Counted from the stretch's first letter, positions 12,110-24,980 are shown. The stretch: DNA of 64,000 nt from Camelus dromedarius (GCF_036321535.1 NC_087451.1:37572001-37636000), one strand, 5' to 3'. Numbers and translations are program-made. Notes: a model not told the origin generated them from the letters alone.

Positions 12110-13030
12110 TTTTTTTAAGGTACATTCTGATTGAAGTTTGACATAAATAGAGAAGCTCACACAGTGAACCAGGGCACTGCCTGATGCATTTTCACAAAGT
12201 GAGCACGCCCAGTAACCAGCTCCCAAATCAAGAAACAGGCATCGCAAGAACCCCAGAAGCACCGCCCACAACCATATTCCCTTCCAGTTCCCTCCCCCTT
12301 GATAAAGACAATAACCCCCCTGACTTCTAACACCTTAGATAAGTTGTGACTGATTTGAACTTTATGTAGATGGAACTTTCTGAACATAATATAAACAGAT
12401 CATACAATGTTTATAAGATTATGATGTTTATATGAAGTTTGTTCAAGCGGATGGACAGGCAGCATCCACTGAGTGACTGACTATATACTATCCAGCAGAA
12501 CTTACCCATTCTCCTGCTGATGGGCATCTGATTGTTTCTAATTTTTTTTCCATGTTGTTTGGTGAATGCGTTTCTTTGGGCCACATACCGAGGTGTGAAA
12601 TTGCTGGGTCACAGGGTATATGTATGTTCTGCTTTGGTAAATACCATCAGATAGTTCTCCAAAGTGGTTGTACCAAGTTATATCTCAACCCAGAGTGGAT
12701 ACAATTTTCCAACTGTCTGCTTCTTTGCCAGCTCTTGGTCGTTTCTGTTTTGATGGGCACATGGTAGCATGTCATTGCCTTCATGAAGCTGAGGACCTGA
12801 ATACCTCTTCACAAGCCGCTTGGATATCCTTTTTTTGGTGAAGTCCTATTCAAGTCTTTTGTAGAAAACACTGTTTTGAAGAATAATTACTATAGTCCTT
12901 TGCATGTGGCAGCATGCTGATTCTGCCGGTTAAGTTGGACACTGTGGTGTGCGGGCTATGATTTTTTACATTTCCTTAATCAAAATATATGTACCAACTA
13001 GTTTTTTCACTGATGCCTGAAATGTCTACA
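12110..13030 (-). mobile_element. L1M (L1MC/L1ME-like) 3' fragments
   Basis: T-run followed by 'ttttcacaaagtgagcac...cccaaatcaagaaacag' and 'ccaaagtggttgtaccaagtta'. Confidence 0.8.
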
Positions 13031-14419
13031 TCACACTTTCTTTTAAGACAGGCACGTGTTCGGGGGAGAGAAGTGTATGAGAGGTTCTTTTATGTCGTAT
13101 GCAACACATGCATGTTCAGGTTGCCATGGTTCGTGGGGTTTATGATAAGGGAGCCCAGAGAATCTAGAGAGACAGCCAATAGCTTAGCAGCTGCCTAGAC
13201 ACATCCCACAAAGCACAGGAACACCTTATACCATAACAGGAGCTACTGTATTTCAACAGCTAGAATTTTTTCAGTAGGGCATTTCAGTAGTTATGGCATT
13301 TCCATAGCAACTCCAATCATCTAGCAGAGTGACTTGGTTACATCCTTGCCCTCTGAGCAGAAGGCAGAAGTTAGCTGCTTGGCCAGTAGGTTCCTGCTCC
13401 TATTGACAAAGTGGCATCCGATTTCTGCCTTCCCACTTCCTGGTTGGCTGTGTTAAGGCTTCTACAATCTCAGATCATCTATGGCATTTCAAGTCTTCTC
13501 TGAGTGTCTTTCAGTGGCTTCCCCCCACCCTATTAATCACATCTCTTTCTTTCTCCACAAGCCTCATTTTTCACTGAGAGAATCTGTTTGGACGACCACT
13601 CTAGGGCACCTGATGAGCTTGGAGCTAGAGCTACTTGGTGTGCAGCATCTTCTGTTAGGTTCCATGCTTAAGAATGAAGCTGAAACTGAGGAAAGTAAGG
13701 CTGAGAGATGAAGAGAGAGAAAGATTTCCGATCACATTGTTTACAGACCTGGTTTCGGCCATATGCAGAGGCAAATCCACCCCTGGAGTTGGCTGACAGA
13801 CGCCACCACTGAATTCCCTTTGGGTCTTATTCCAGGTTGGGCTGAATTTCTGGCACTTGTAACCAATAGCGCTCTGATTAACAGGGTGCGCTTCCCACAT
13901 AAATATTAACGTGAAGAAATTGGATCAGAAGTTTGCAATATTCTCCTTGGGAAAAAGATTCAAGGTTCCAAGGACATCAAATCACCATGTAAAGTATTTC
14001 CTCCTCTTCCAGAATGGACAAATCAGGGGCAAGGCTGGGCTTGAAAGAATTGGACCTATGGTTAAGGGAGACGTATATGGCCAAGGAACTGCATTGGGTT
14101 GATTCTACAGTGCTTCTGACACCTGCTTCTGAGCCTTTTTATTGTGATATCAAATCCTGGGCAGGATGGAAAGCATCTGTTAGTCTGACAGAATCTCGAT
14201 CCATCCATTCATTTATTCATCCATCCGTCTCTTCATTTGCCTATGAATTAAACAAATATCAATGGAGTTTAAACAACTGGCACAAGGCTTTGTGAGAGAG
14301 AGGACTTGAAGCACAAGGTCAAGGTCAAATTAGCAAGACATTTCTGTGCCTGGAGGCTGGGGCTCAGTCAGATGCCCTCTATATCTTCTTTTCTTTAAAA
14401 AAATATATTTAAAGTCTTC

Positions 14420-14553
14420 CCTGGGGGGGGGCATTCGATTTTTTATGTATTTATGTATGTGTGTATTTATTTATTTAATGGAGGTGCTGGGGCTTGAACC
14501 CAGGACTTCATACATGCTAAGTATGTGCTCTACCACTGAGCTGTGCTTACCCC
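14420..14553 (-). mobile_element. Camelid tRNA-Ala-derived SINE (Vic-1 type), diverged copy
   Basis: Reverse complement gctcagtggtagagcacatacttagcatgtatgaagtcctgggttcaagccccagcacctcca resembles tRNA-Ala(AGC), followed by an (AAAT)n tail. Confidence 0.85.
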
Positions 14554-16786
14554 TAGATGCCCTGTTTTTCATCAGAGAAAAAATGAGGGAATCTAACGAG
14601 ATACTTGGTCAATCCCTTTGAGTGCTATTCCTTTGATGATTCAAACAGTTTTCAAAATGGATGGTAACTTCAAGTGTTATCCGGTCCAATTTTCTCACAT
14701 CCTGGATGAGAATACTCAAATGTCTGATACCCAAAGCTTGGAGGGTTTGTGCGAAGACCTGAAACCCACTTCACTCCCCCAGGACTTCATCACTTCGTGA
14801 TGGCTGGTGGGCAGGGAGGGAAGAAAGACTCTGCACAACCGCAGCAGGGCCAGTCAGGAAGCAGTGTCGGCTGGCGTGGGGATGGGTGCGGGAGGTGGGA
14901 CCCACACAGGAGGGAAAGTGGAGGGAAAGAGCCAGGAGCCACGGAAGAGCTTCCTTGGGATTCTCTCCCCTAGCAATGGAAACACAGAGCCTAGCTGCGT
15001 AGGCTGGAAAGGAAACAGGCCCAACTGCCTTGCAGGACACGATTCTGAGCAGTGGCCCCAGGAGCATGTGAAATGCCTGCTCCGGGCAGGCTCATGGAGG
15101 GCGCCAGGCGGCTCTGCCCAGTAGCTGTGTCCCTGACTTCCCTTCTCCAAAAAGGAAATTGCAGACTTGTTACTGCTTTGCTCAGGACCGGGGATTATGG
15201 AGCTTAAACTCTCTCCTTCCAGCCATGTTCAAGTTTTTGACTTAAAAGGGAAATGTTTCATTTTGGGCCAAATGCATCCCCCTCATTCCCCCTTCCTGGA
15301 CTGAGAACAAAGCAATTCAAATCAGAAAACAGAGGGAACTCCATGCGCACTGTCCACAGGGACCGGGCTCCCAACTGGATCCGACGGAATTTGATTGAAG
15401 TACTACTGAACCCCTCCGCATTTGTTCAAATGTCATTTAAATAGAAATGTTTCAAATCTCTGCCAAGGAACGGCCCAGGGGGTGGCGTGGAATGGAGGCG
15501 GGCCCCCACTGCTCTGCGGGGCAGCTTGGGCCGGAGACGGCAGGGGCGGGACCCAGTGGAGACCAGCTCAACCCAGCTCAAAGGAGGAGGAGGGGAAGTA
15601 GTGGGAAAAGAAGGGAGGAGGGAGGGAGAGAGGGTGGAGGTGGACGTCTAGGCAGCTCTTATACTACAGATACAAGATATAAATGAGACACAAGATGCCT
15701 GGGGTTTTGGCATCCTATTGTACTTAAAAAAAAAAAAAAAAGAAAGATGCAGATAAACTCACAGCCTGGAAGGATTCCTGCTCAGGAGAGCCATGAGGCT
15801 TCAAGATTTGGCTGGCTACCCTCAGTGCCATGGCGATCCAACGTGAAGACACCACGCTTATCAGTTTGGAAAGACGATGATATATCTGGCTTGCCTGGGC
15901 TTTGTCAAGGCATAGGATTTGGTTTGAGGTTGGGGCTGAGGCTGTGGGTCTTGGTTTCGTTACTCTGAGTGGTAAAGGTGGCCATGAGGTCAGGGGCTTG
16001 ATGCTTTTGGTACCCAGGCCTGGGAGTCTGTAAGCATAGCCATGGCGGAGCCGAGGGAATGCCCAACAGGGAGGAGTTTGGGTGCCCCAACAATGATGCC
16101 CCCCTCAACTGTAATGGCTCCTCTCTCATCTTTTTATGTTTTGTACTTGTGGGTAAAATTTTGTGGCAGGAAGAAATCTGCTACGAACAACACTGTTTAA
16201 GAATCACTGAAGTAGACATTTCGAAGGGTCCTTGGTACTGGCATTCTCTGAGATCAAAATCAAGAAGAAATTGAAGTGGCCCCATTCCCTCATCCCTGGA
16301 GACGCATTGGCACGGGAAGGACTGCATCAGGACCTCCCTTCCCAAGGCAACAGGCTTACCTGGCTGTTGGAAAAACCACGCTGATGCCAGGATGCAAGTT
16401 AAGCAACTCATTCAGTATGTGCGATTCATGTCAAGTCATCGTGACATGATTATGTCTGATGCCTTTGTTTGCCCTTCAGCCTTTGCTCACGGGAAGGCTA
16501 TCATGTCGTGGTTCCCACATTTCTCAGGGTGAGGACACCTTTTAACTCTCAAAGGCTTCTTGTGGACTTTTCTTATCTCTGGCCTAAATTGAATTATTCT
16601 TTGAAATAAGCTTGCCTCCTATTGCTACATCTACTCGTATTTGGAAAATCATTGCATGTATATGTGTAAAGCATGATTCATCCTAGAAATAATAATAGAC
16701 AATCATTAGACAGAATAAAGACAATTTGAGCATCTTTACTTCAGAGTTCACAGACTGGTGAACAAACCTACTGCTGTATATAGCTG

Positions 16787-16965
16787 AGAGGTGGCAAATA
16801 TGTGGGGTCTATGCCTCCAGGCCCCTAATCTGTGCACACTCCATCATTCCACTTCTTTCCAGCTGAGTCTGCAACTCAACCTCAGGGTCCTTCTCAACAC
16901 AGCCCTCTAAGAAATCACTACCCATCTGTGAGAGTTGGCACCCGAGGTCATAGGAACTCATTTCC
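16787..16965. mobile_element. Ancient MER-type non-autonomous DNA element, family uncertain
   Basis: 'aggtggcaaatatgtgg...ccttctcaacacag...gagttggca' is recognised as a recurrent mammalian repeat; I cannot name the family reliably. Confidence 0.45.
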
Positions 16966-18014
16966 TTCCTCTGAAATAGACTGCAAAGTTTTAAGAGGGT
17001 AGAGGGGTCAGAGGATGCTTGTTCTGAGCCTCAAGACAGTAATGAAAGACTTCTAGGACTTGGGGAGGGTCCACCTGGGCCTGGTTTAATCAGGCTGGTC
17101 AGTGACTTAGGCAGACGGGCTTACGAAGATCTGAGAAAGTGCAGTTTGGGTGATCTTGCAGGATGAGCCTCCCCCTGAGTTGCAAGGATTTACCTAAAGG
17201 TATGTGAGAAGAGCAGTCCAGGAGTCACTACAGTGAGTTGTCCCCCTCTCTTAGAGACCTGTGTTCTCTTATCTTAGAGAAACGCATAAAGCAGCAGGAG
17301 GTTCTCAAACAGGATCTGTCTCCTTTCGTCACTCTGTTCAGCCGAGACAACCCCTTTCAATGAGGACCATCACCGAGGCGATGGTTCCTGCACCGAGAAA
17401 GGACCCGAGGGGTGAAGGCGCTCTCCCCGTAACTCAGCCAGTTACTAAAACCGTAGGTCCTCAGAGCTGAAGGGGACTCAGCGGTCATCTCTGTTTACAG
17501 ACGAGAAAGCTGAGGGCCACCTCGGTGTGTGCTCACAGACAATTCACTGGAGTCTAAAATTAACAGTGATCTCTACAGTAAGAGCAGACGTCTATCACCT
17601 TGGTCAAATTTCCGTGGCTTCGGTTAAAAATCACGGAAGATATACTATTTAATTTCAAGATGGTGTGCCAACCCCCAAATCAAATTCACTGTGCGTCTTG
17701 ACTCTCTCAGTGATAGATTACACTTGACAGAAATCCGTTCATTCCTTTGCAAGCGGCGAAGGAATAGTGGACAGGAAAACGTAAAGTGCTCCCCCACTGC
17801 GGTGGCTTAGTTAGAAATCCCATGTCGTTCAGCTGTTATCAAAGTCACAGCCGTATCATATTTTATTAGCGGGTGTCAGACAATTAGTCTGGAGGACAGA
17901 CACTGTCCTGTTCCTGCTGTCAATGTGCTAAGAAAGCTCCCTTACCTGCCCGCAGCTTTCCTCCCCTTCCCTTTTCAGAGATAAGAGGCCACGTGGTGAA
18001 AATCCTAGCTGGCC

Positions 18015-18390
18015 CTTTTTGTGGAAATTGACAAGCTGATCCTGAAATTCACGTGGAAATGTGAGGGACCCAGCACAGCCAAACAATCTTGAAAAAGAAG
18101 AACTAAGTTGGAAGACCCATGCTTTCTCAATTTCAAAACATATAGTAAGCTACAATGATCAAAAATCTATGCAAAACTCTAGGAATCGAGACCATGTGAT
18201 CCTGGCGTGTGGACAGACCCACGGGTCAATGGAATAGAACTGAGGGCCCAGAAGTAAATCCATATACTGATGCTCCGTTGATTTTAGACAAATGTGTGTT
18301 AGTATACTAAAAACCACTGAATTGTATACTTTTCAGTGGGCCAATTGTATGGTGTATGGATTAAATTATATCTCAGTTTTTTTTAAAGGC
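18015..18390 (+). mobile_element. L1M ORF2 fragment joined directly to the L1 3' terminus (internal deletion)
   Basis: Translates FVEIDKLILKFTWKCEGPSTAK and, after frameshifts, GQWNRTEGPEVNPY (L1 ORF2). It then runs straight into 'ccactgaattgtatactt...tatatctca'. Confidence 0.85.
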
Positions 18391-18931
18391 CGTGGGGGTG
18401 AATTTGGAGGATGGATTCGGAAAGCTAAGAGGGCAAGTGAGGGCTGAGGAGGCATCAAGACCAACTTCTCTTGGCCACAGTAGGATTTTTCCTTAATTGT
18501 AAGTGAGGCATGCAAGAGGTCACCTTTTCATAGTGACAGTGGCCCAAACGAGGTGACTGAGACATGCATGTTTTGGTCTCGTTTCTTCCACGGCTGAGGG
18601 ACTTTCATCTGGTCATTGGACATCTCCTGATTTTCTCGTATACGTGGAGAGGCTCAGTAAAGAAGAAAGAACAAGAGTTTCAGAGCCAGGCAAAATTGTG
18701 TTGAATGTTGGGAGACCTTCAGTAGGTTACTTGCCCACTCCCCACCCCCAACCAACTGAATTTTCTCATCGACAACGTGGGTTGGTGGGAAGACGCAATG
18801 TCTGTTCCAGGCACCTGGTGCATATCCAGTCAAGGTTAATGCCTTACTTGTCCCTTCTCTTTGTCTTCGTGTGTGGGAAGGCTGGGTGAAGAGACAAACT
18901 GTATCCACCACATGCCCTCACCCAAACTCTG

Positions 18932-19103
18932 CCAGCATCCTCCCCGCACCCTCTCCTCACCTCCAACAGGAAGGGACTCTGATCAGAGCCAAATCCCCTA
19001 GGTTCGAGGGCAACGAACGTCCCATGAGTCCTACAAGAATTCAGCCGACTATACTCTTCCTAGGGGGGCTGCCTCAATGGATGGTGAATAATTGGTTCCA
19101 AAT
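18932..19103 (+). repeat. Diverged direct repeat, copy A (copy B at 20020-20201; partial copy C at 19121-19165)
   Basis: Hand alignment gives roughly 75-80% identity with copy B. The exact 20-mer tgagtcctacaagaattcag occurs at 19025 and 20125. Confidence 0.9.
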
Positions 19104-20019
19104 CTCTTAGGTCTAAACTTTGAGGGCAACTTCCCATGAGCTGTACAAAAATTCAGCTGGACCATAAGGCTCAGGGCTGGATGCAAACCACTACACACCA
19201 GGTAACTACGGAGAGTCTTCAGGAACCCAAGCCTTTGTTGCCTCCTGTCCTTCTTTGGAAAAATTCCGATCGCTTGCCAGGTTCCTAGGTACCTGTACCA
19301 TTGCACTGGCTACCATGATGCCACTGGACTTCCCCTAGAGACGTGCCGGCCACCCCCTCCTTAACATCAGAGAAAGCCCTCACGGGGGTGGAGATTGAGT
19401 CAGATGGTTCTTTCCAGAAATCAGTTCCCCCTCTCCTTGCTCTCCCTTCCCACTCTCTGAACCGAAAGCTGGTTTTCATTCTCCCTCTTGCAAGCTGCAA
19501 AGGGTACCTCTTCCTAACACTTGTCAAAAATTAAAGCGAGACCTGCTTTCAAATGTTCTGTCTGTACTTGCCAGCCGGGAAGGCAAGTCTGTCTCCAAAG
19601 AATCTGCATTTACAATTCCAAATACGCACTTGTGCTAAGACGAAAGAATGTCTTCCTGCTTTCAAGCTGGGTTTGGCGTGACCTCTAGGTTTTAATATTT
19701 TCAACAAAGTGTCATTTGACAATTCCACCGCATTCAGCAAGAGGAGAAAAGTGAATGTCCTTTCACGTGCATGCTGACTGGATTGAGAGTCAGATGAGAA
19801 GACAGCCCAGAGCCATCTACTTGATTTTATCATTTGCTTTCACCCTTTATTTAGTTTAAAAAATCTCCACTGAAGCAGTCTTGTTTTCATCTCTGGGTTT
19901 TAACTTCTGTTTTGGTTGAGACGGTCCACATGAGTTTTCTTAAGAAGACCAAGAAGATTCCTACCACGAGAGCATCAAGTCAAGCCCTTTCTCCTGTCTC
20001 TCCATCTCTCACCTCCAAC

Positions 20020-20201
20020 CCAGAATCCTCTCCACACCCCCTCCTCAACCCCAACAGGAAGGGAATCTGGTCACAGCCAAACCCCCCCAGGTCCAGATTT
20101 TGTCCGAGGGCGATGAAAGTCCTGTGAGTCCTACAAGAATTCAGATGGCTGTACTCTCTCCAGGGCTGCCCCAAAGGATGGTGAGCAATTAGGTTCCAAA
20201 T
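20020..20201 (+). repeat. Diverged direct repeat, copy B
   Basis: Shares ccaacaggaaggga, tgagtcctacaagaattcag, ggatggtga and ggttccaaat with copy A, in the same order, plus an insertion of about 11 bp. Confidence 0.9.
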
Positions 20202-21544
20202 GCTCCCTCAGAGGGGCCAGGTCGGGGCCACCCCCAGACCGGGAGCCCTGGAGCGGCTGAGACAGGTGCAGTCCCACGGGAGGCCAGGAGGAGGGTGTCT
20301 TGTGCTTCCGAAGTCCTGTTTGTGAGCCACGGTCCCGCCTGGTTCTTTAGCTCCGTTCTTCCTCCTCCCTCTTGCGCACAGAAGGCTCCATCTTGACAAA
20401 TAGGTGGCTGTCACTCCACGACTCAGCCTGTAGAACAGTTTGTCCCAGGAATCAGTGCTGGCCCCGGCCGCGCCGCCCAGCTCCGTCTTACTTAGAAGTC
20501 GGCCGAACAGTGGGATCGCTCGCGACAGCTTCACTCAGCACCCTGACAGGGCTGTGGGTGCAGGATGGGGCCGGTTTACACAGATGGAGCCTCTCTGGCG
20601 CACCCAGCAGGTGTGTGATAACCTCATCATACCACCCTCACAGTAAAAAGAGCCCCCCTCGGGTCTGAGGCGGGAGAGACCAGTCTTTCGAGAAGATCTG
20701 GGGTGGATCCGCTACCTGCCTGGAGCCACGGGCTGGCTGGGGTGTGAGGACTTGGGCTGATGCCGGAGGACCGTGACTCAGGAGCGCCGTGTCTCACCCT
20801 TCACTGATGCCTCGTGGCCCCTCCTTGAGATATTAGTGTTCCCATTTATACACCAGGAAACAGACTCAGAGGCTCAGATCCATGAAGTCCTTCACCAGAG
20901 GTCACAAAACCTGTAGGTCACGGAGCCAGTGCCCGATCGGAGGCCCCCTGAGCTCTTAGCCCGGGCCTGTGCCTCTGCTCCACCTGTACAAACAGACGTG
21001 ACCCCGTGGAGGCAGAGGAAATAGCCAACCGTCATCACGTGCTTTAAACTTGTAAAAGCCTTTTCACATCTACTTCCATTATCTTGTTTGCTTCTCCCAG
21101 GAGATCTCTGATGGTGTGGTTGGGAGAGATGCTAGTCCTGGCACTGGGCCCTCCTCCCTGCTGACCTCTCCCCCAGGGGACCCCAGCGACCGTGTCGGGC
21201 AGCCTGCTCCCCGGAGCGTGTGGGTGGCCATCCTCTCCTGAGAAGGCCGCCTGGGCACAGTGGCCTTCATTGGCACTGTACACCCATGGTGCTCACCTGT
21301 ACCAAAGAGGAATGAGATCTGATGAGCCTCAGAGCACTTGGAAAGGCGACCACTTGGCCCTGGATGTGCAGAGCATCGTGACAGCTTCTGCCTACCTGTG
21401 TGTCCTAAACAGCCAAGGAGACCGAAGGCATCTGAAAATTCTTTGAATTGTTATATTTTATCTAAAGAAAAAAAATTCATGGAAAGTTACATTCTACTTG
21501 ATCACATATCTGTTTCTCCTTTTTCTTTCTCTAAAAAAAATTTG

Positions 21545-21960
21545 CAGTAAAATGCATATAACATACAATTGACCGTCTTAACCAGTTTTAAGTTCAGGGG
21601 CTTTAAGTACATTCACACTGTTGTGCGACCGTCACCACCATCCACCTCCAGAACTTCATCATCTTCTCAAACTGAAACTCTGTCCCTGTGAAACAATAAC
21701 TCTCCGTTCTCCACTCCCCCCAGCTCCTGAAAACCACCATTCTACTTTCTGTCCCTGCAGATCTGACGACTAATTACTCGTCACGAGGGGAAATCATACA
21801 GTACTTGTCCTTCTGTGCCTGGTTTTTTCACTTAGTGTAATGTCCTCAGGGCTCATCTATGTGATGGCATGTGTCAGAACTTCCTTCTTTTTGAAAGCTG
21901 AATAATATCCCTGTGTGTGTGTGTGTGTACACATTACATTGTGTTTATCCGTTCATCTAT
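21545..21960 (-). mobile_element. L1MB 3' fragment
   Basis: 'gtacattcacactgttgtgcgaccgtcaccaccatccacctccagaac...aaccaccattctactttctgtc'. Confidence 0.9.
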
Positions 21961-22046
21961 ATCTGTTTATTTTAAATAAAAAGTCTTACAATGACTTAGT
22001 GGTTAAGCAGATTTTTCACACCATAATAAAGCCTGGCACATAGGGC

Positions 22047-22277
22047 CAGGGGTTGATAGACTTTTCCTTAATGGGCCAGGTAGTAAATATTTTAGGCTTT
22101 ATGGGTCACGTGGTCCCTACTGCAATCGTGCTGCTCCGTAACTGTGCTGTGGGAGTGTGACCGCCATTGACCAAACACACAAATGAATAGAGGTGCTTGT
22201 GTCAATAAAACTTTATTTACAAAGACAGGAAGTGGGGCGGATTTGGCCTGTGGTCGGTAGTTTGAAGATACCTGTTC
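22047..22277 (-). mobile_element. MER58A (hAT-Charlie)
   Basis: 'caggggttgatagac...gtaaatattttaggcttt...caataaaactttatttacaaa...ggatttggcc...gtagtttgaagatacctg' with degenerate terminal inverted repeats. Confidence 0.85.
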
Positions 22278-22989
22278 TGAGAGTCGATGTGTATATCATT
22301 AAGATCACAGGCGGCAGTGTCAGTGGGATGATTCAGTCACTGCTTTCCTCCCCAGGGCTCACATGTGGGACAGGGTCAGGACCCAGCCAGCGTGCTCTGC
22401 CCTGAACTACCCTTAGCCCTGATCTTCAGGTGGTGTGGCTGAGTCTGGCACCCTCTGGCCAAATTCCTTCTCCCAACATGACTTTATTCTCAGATGGCCT
22501 GGTCCTTCCCAGCACCACCACCCAATGTTTGCCAAATATATCTGCCAATGACTGGATGATGATTGTGTACCAGAAGCTTTTCCCCCAGGAGGTCCTCGGT
22601 CTCTCCATAGACCCAAATGGAAAGAGGCACTTGGGGAAATGGGTGTTGCAACTCCAGGTGCCAGGAGAGCCAGGTGCGCAGCAATGGCCCAAACAAGGAC
22701 TCATGTCGCTCTGCCCCAGTAAAATCTCTGTAGTTTCTTGCCAAGTATCCATGTCCCCTTCTCAGAAGGGGTTTTACCTGGGACACTTGGCATGTTGCCT
22801 TGGGTTCCTAAGGATGCTCTCTCTGAATCAACAATGCTGCGCCGCGTGTCTGATGCCTTTCACCAGTGTCTCGTGAGCAGAGCACATGAGCCCGCTACCA
22901 GGCAAATTGTGCAACTGGGAAGACAAGACTTCCAGGTGGAGACTTTCTCCTCTGACTTCTGGAAAGCCTTAAGACATTTCTAAGAACAG

Positions 22990-23690
22990 CTCTTCTGAGG
23001 TTTAATTGAGATAATAAGCTGCACATAGCATGTACAATTGGACAAATTTTGACATATATGCATGAACCCATCACCACAACCAAGAGAGGGAACATTTCTC
23101 CCTCCTCCTAAAGTTTCTTCATGCCCCTTGTTAATAACTCCCTCTCTGTCCTCCCCACACCTTTCTCCCTAAGTGACCACAATCTGCTTTCTGTCATTAT
23201 AGACTAACTCTAGAGTTTTATGTAAGTGGATTCATATAGTATGTACTCCTTTTTAGTTGACTTCTCTTGCTGCGCATAATAATTTTGAAATTCATCCATT
23301 TCACTGAGTGATTAATAGTTTATTCTTTTTTTTTTTTTTATTGCTGATGGTGTTTCACTATATGCATATAGCACAACTTGTTTATTCATTCCCTGTTGAT
23401 GAGCGTTGGGGTTATTTCCAGTGAATTAGGTCAAGCTGGTTGACAGTGTTGTCCAAATCTGCTCTATCTTTGCTGATTTTCTGTCTACATGATTTATCAA
23501 TTATCAGGAGAGGAGGATTGGGATCTCTGGTTGCAACTGCAGCTTGTCCATGTCTGCCTGCACGTCTATCAGAAGTTGCTCCATGTGCTTTGAAGCTCTG
23601 TTATTAGGAGCATAAATGTTCAGGACTGTTATGTCCTCTTGATAGACTGATTCCTTTATCATTGTGAAATGTTCTTGTTTATCTGGTCCA
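22990..23690 (-). mobile_element. L1M: 3' UTR fragment (22990-23420) abutting an ORF2 endonuclease fragment (23420-23690)
   Basis: ORF 23504-23773 includes DKQEHFTMIKESVYQEDITVLNIYAPNNRASKHMEQLL, from the L1 ORF2 APE endonuclease domain. Confidence 0.9.
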
Positions 23691-24534
23691 CGGCCCAGAA
23701 GGCAGCATTTTGATTGCTTTCGCTTGGTTTCACCAATTGTGGGGACTGAGTCCAGCCCATGATCGGAGGCCAAGTCACTTTAACACTTGGCTCACTCTGA
23801 TGAGCTGTGCAAAGCACCATCTCCAGTTTCCTTCCCATGTTTCTCCCCTGGGAGGGACTCAGTGGATGCCAGATCCAGGGTGGGGTTGTGTTAAGGTTGG
23901 GGGTCCAGGACTCGGAACATCTTGGTTTATCACTGGGGCACAATCCCCAGCCTGATGATATATGAAGACCCAGGGGTAGCAAGGAGGTCCTGGTGACTGT
24001 GTCTAGACTCTGAATTTATTTTTAAGAGACAATTTTGTTGGAACTAGGTCCCAGACTGCTCAGTGTGTTCTGAGATGGTGCTAAAAGGATCTTCTGTACA
24101 GGGGCAGTGTCCTAGGTTTACAGTTTCCTGACTAATTCCACCATAAACTTAATTGCCTTTTCTTTGGCTTTGAAGCCCTAAGACTCCCCTTGGCACAGGA
24201 CTTCCTCCCCCACACACACCCAGACTCTTGGCAGGAAGTAATGACTGAGGATCCAAGTGCCAGGGTTCCTTGACTCACTCTCTAAGCGGTTACTTCTGCC
24301 TGGCCCAGGAGCTGGACGCTCCCTCTTCAGGAGGTGATGTCAGGGAGAAACCACCTTGGCAGCAACACTCTGGAGCATTTGGAAGCAAATGCCCAAGAGT
24401 TGGTGCTTCTAGATCTTGTCCCATATGTGATCTTGAGCGCTAGGGATTCCAGCTCATCATCTGGTCCTCCAAGCCTACCCCTCTAGGATGTAGGAGCTCC
24501 ACTGAGTCTGCCAGTTGCTTGCCCACAGTGGCTT

Positions 24535-24700
24535 AGATCTCATTTCATTCTTACTACAACCCAGGAAGCCAGATAATCGTGCACCCATTTTACAGAGGAA
24601 GACATTGAGGCCTGGGTGAAAGTAAAGGAGTTGAGCAAGGACACATGGCTGGGAGGTGTAGAGCAGGGCTTAAATTCAGGTCATCTGATTCCAAATATAG
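24535..24700 (-). mobile_element. MIR SINE
   Basis: 'cccattttacagaggaagacattgaggcc'. Confidence 0.85.
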
Positions 24701-24727
24701 GGTTTGTTCCAACATGCTACACGCATC

Positions 24728-24980
24728 TGTGTTTGTTTCTAACGGCCGCCATAATAAATTACCTCAAACCTGGTGGCTTAAAACAAGAGGAATTTATTCT
24801 TTCTACAGTCCTGGAAGCCAGATGTCCAAAATCAAGGTGTTGGCAGCATAGGTTCCTCCTGGAGGCTCTACAGGAGAATCTGTTCCGTGTCTCTCTCCAA
24901 GTTTCCGGGGGCTGCTGGCCATCCTTGGCGTTCAATGGCTTGTGAATCCCTCACTTCAATCTGTGCTTATCTTCACATGG
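24728..24980 (-). mobile_element. MLT1 (ERVL-MaLR) LTR, partial
   Basis: 'gccataataaattacctcaaacctggtggcttaaaacaagaggaatttattct...caaggtgttggcag'. Confidence 0.9.

Noticed and set aside
16426-16452. Small hairpin tcatgtca...tgacatga
   Set aside because: An 8-bp stem is within chance expectation, and it is not miRNA-precursor length.
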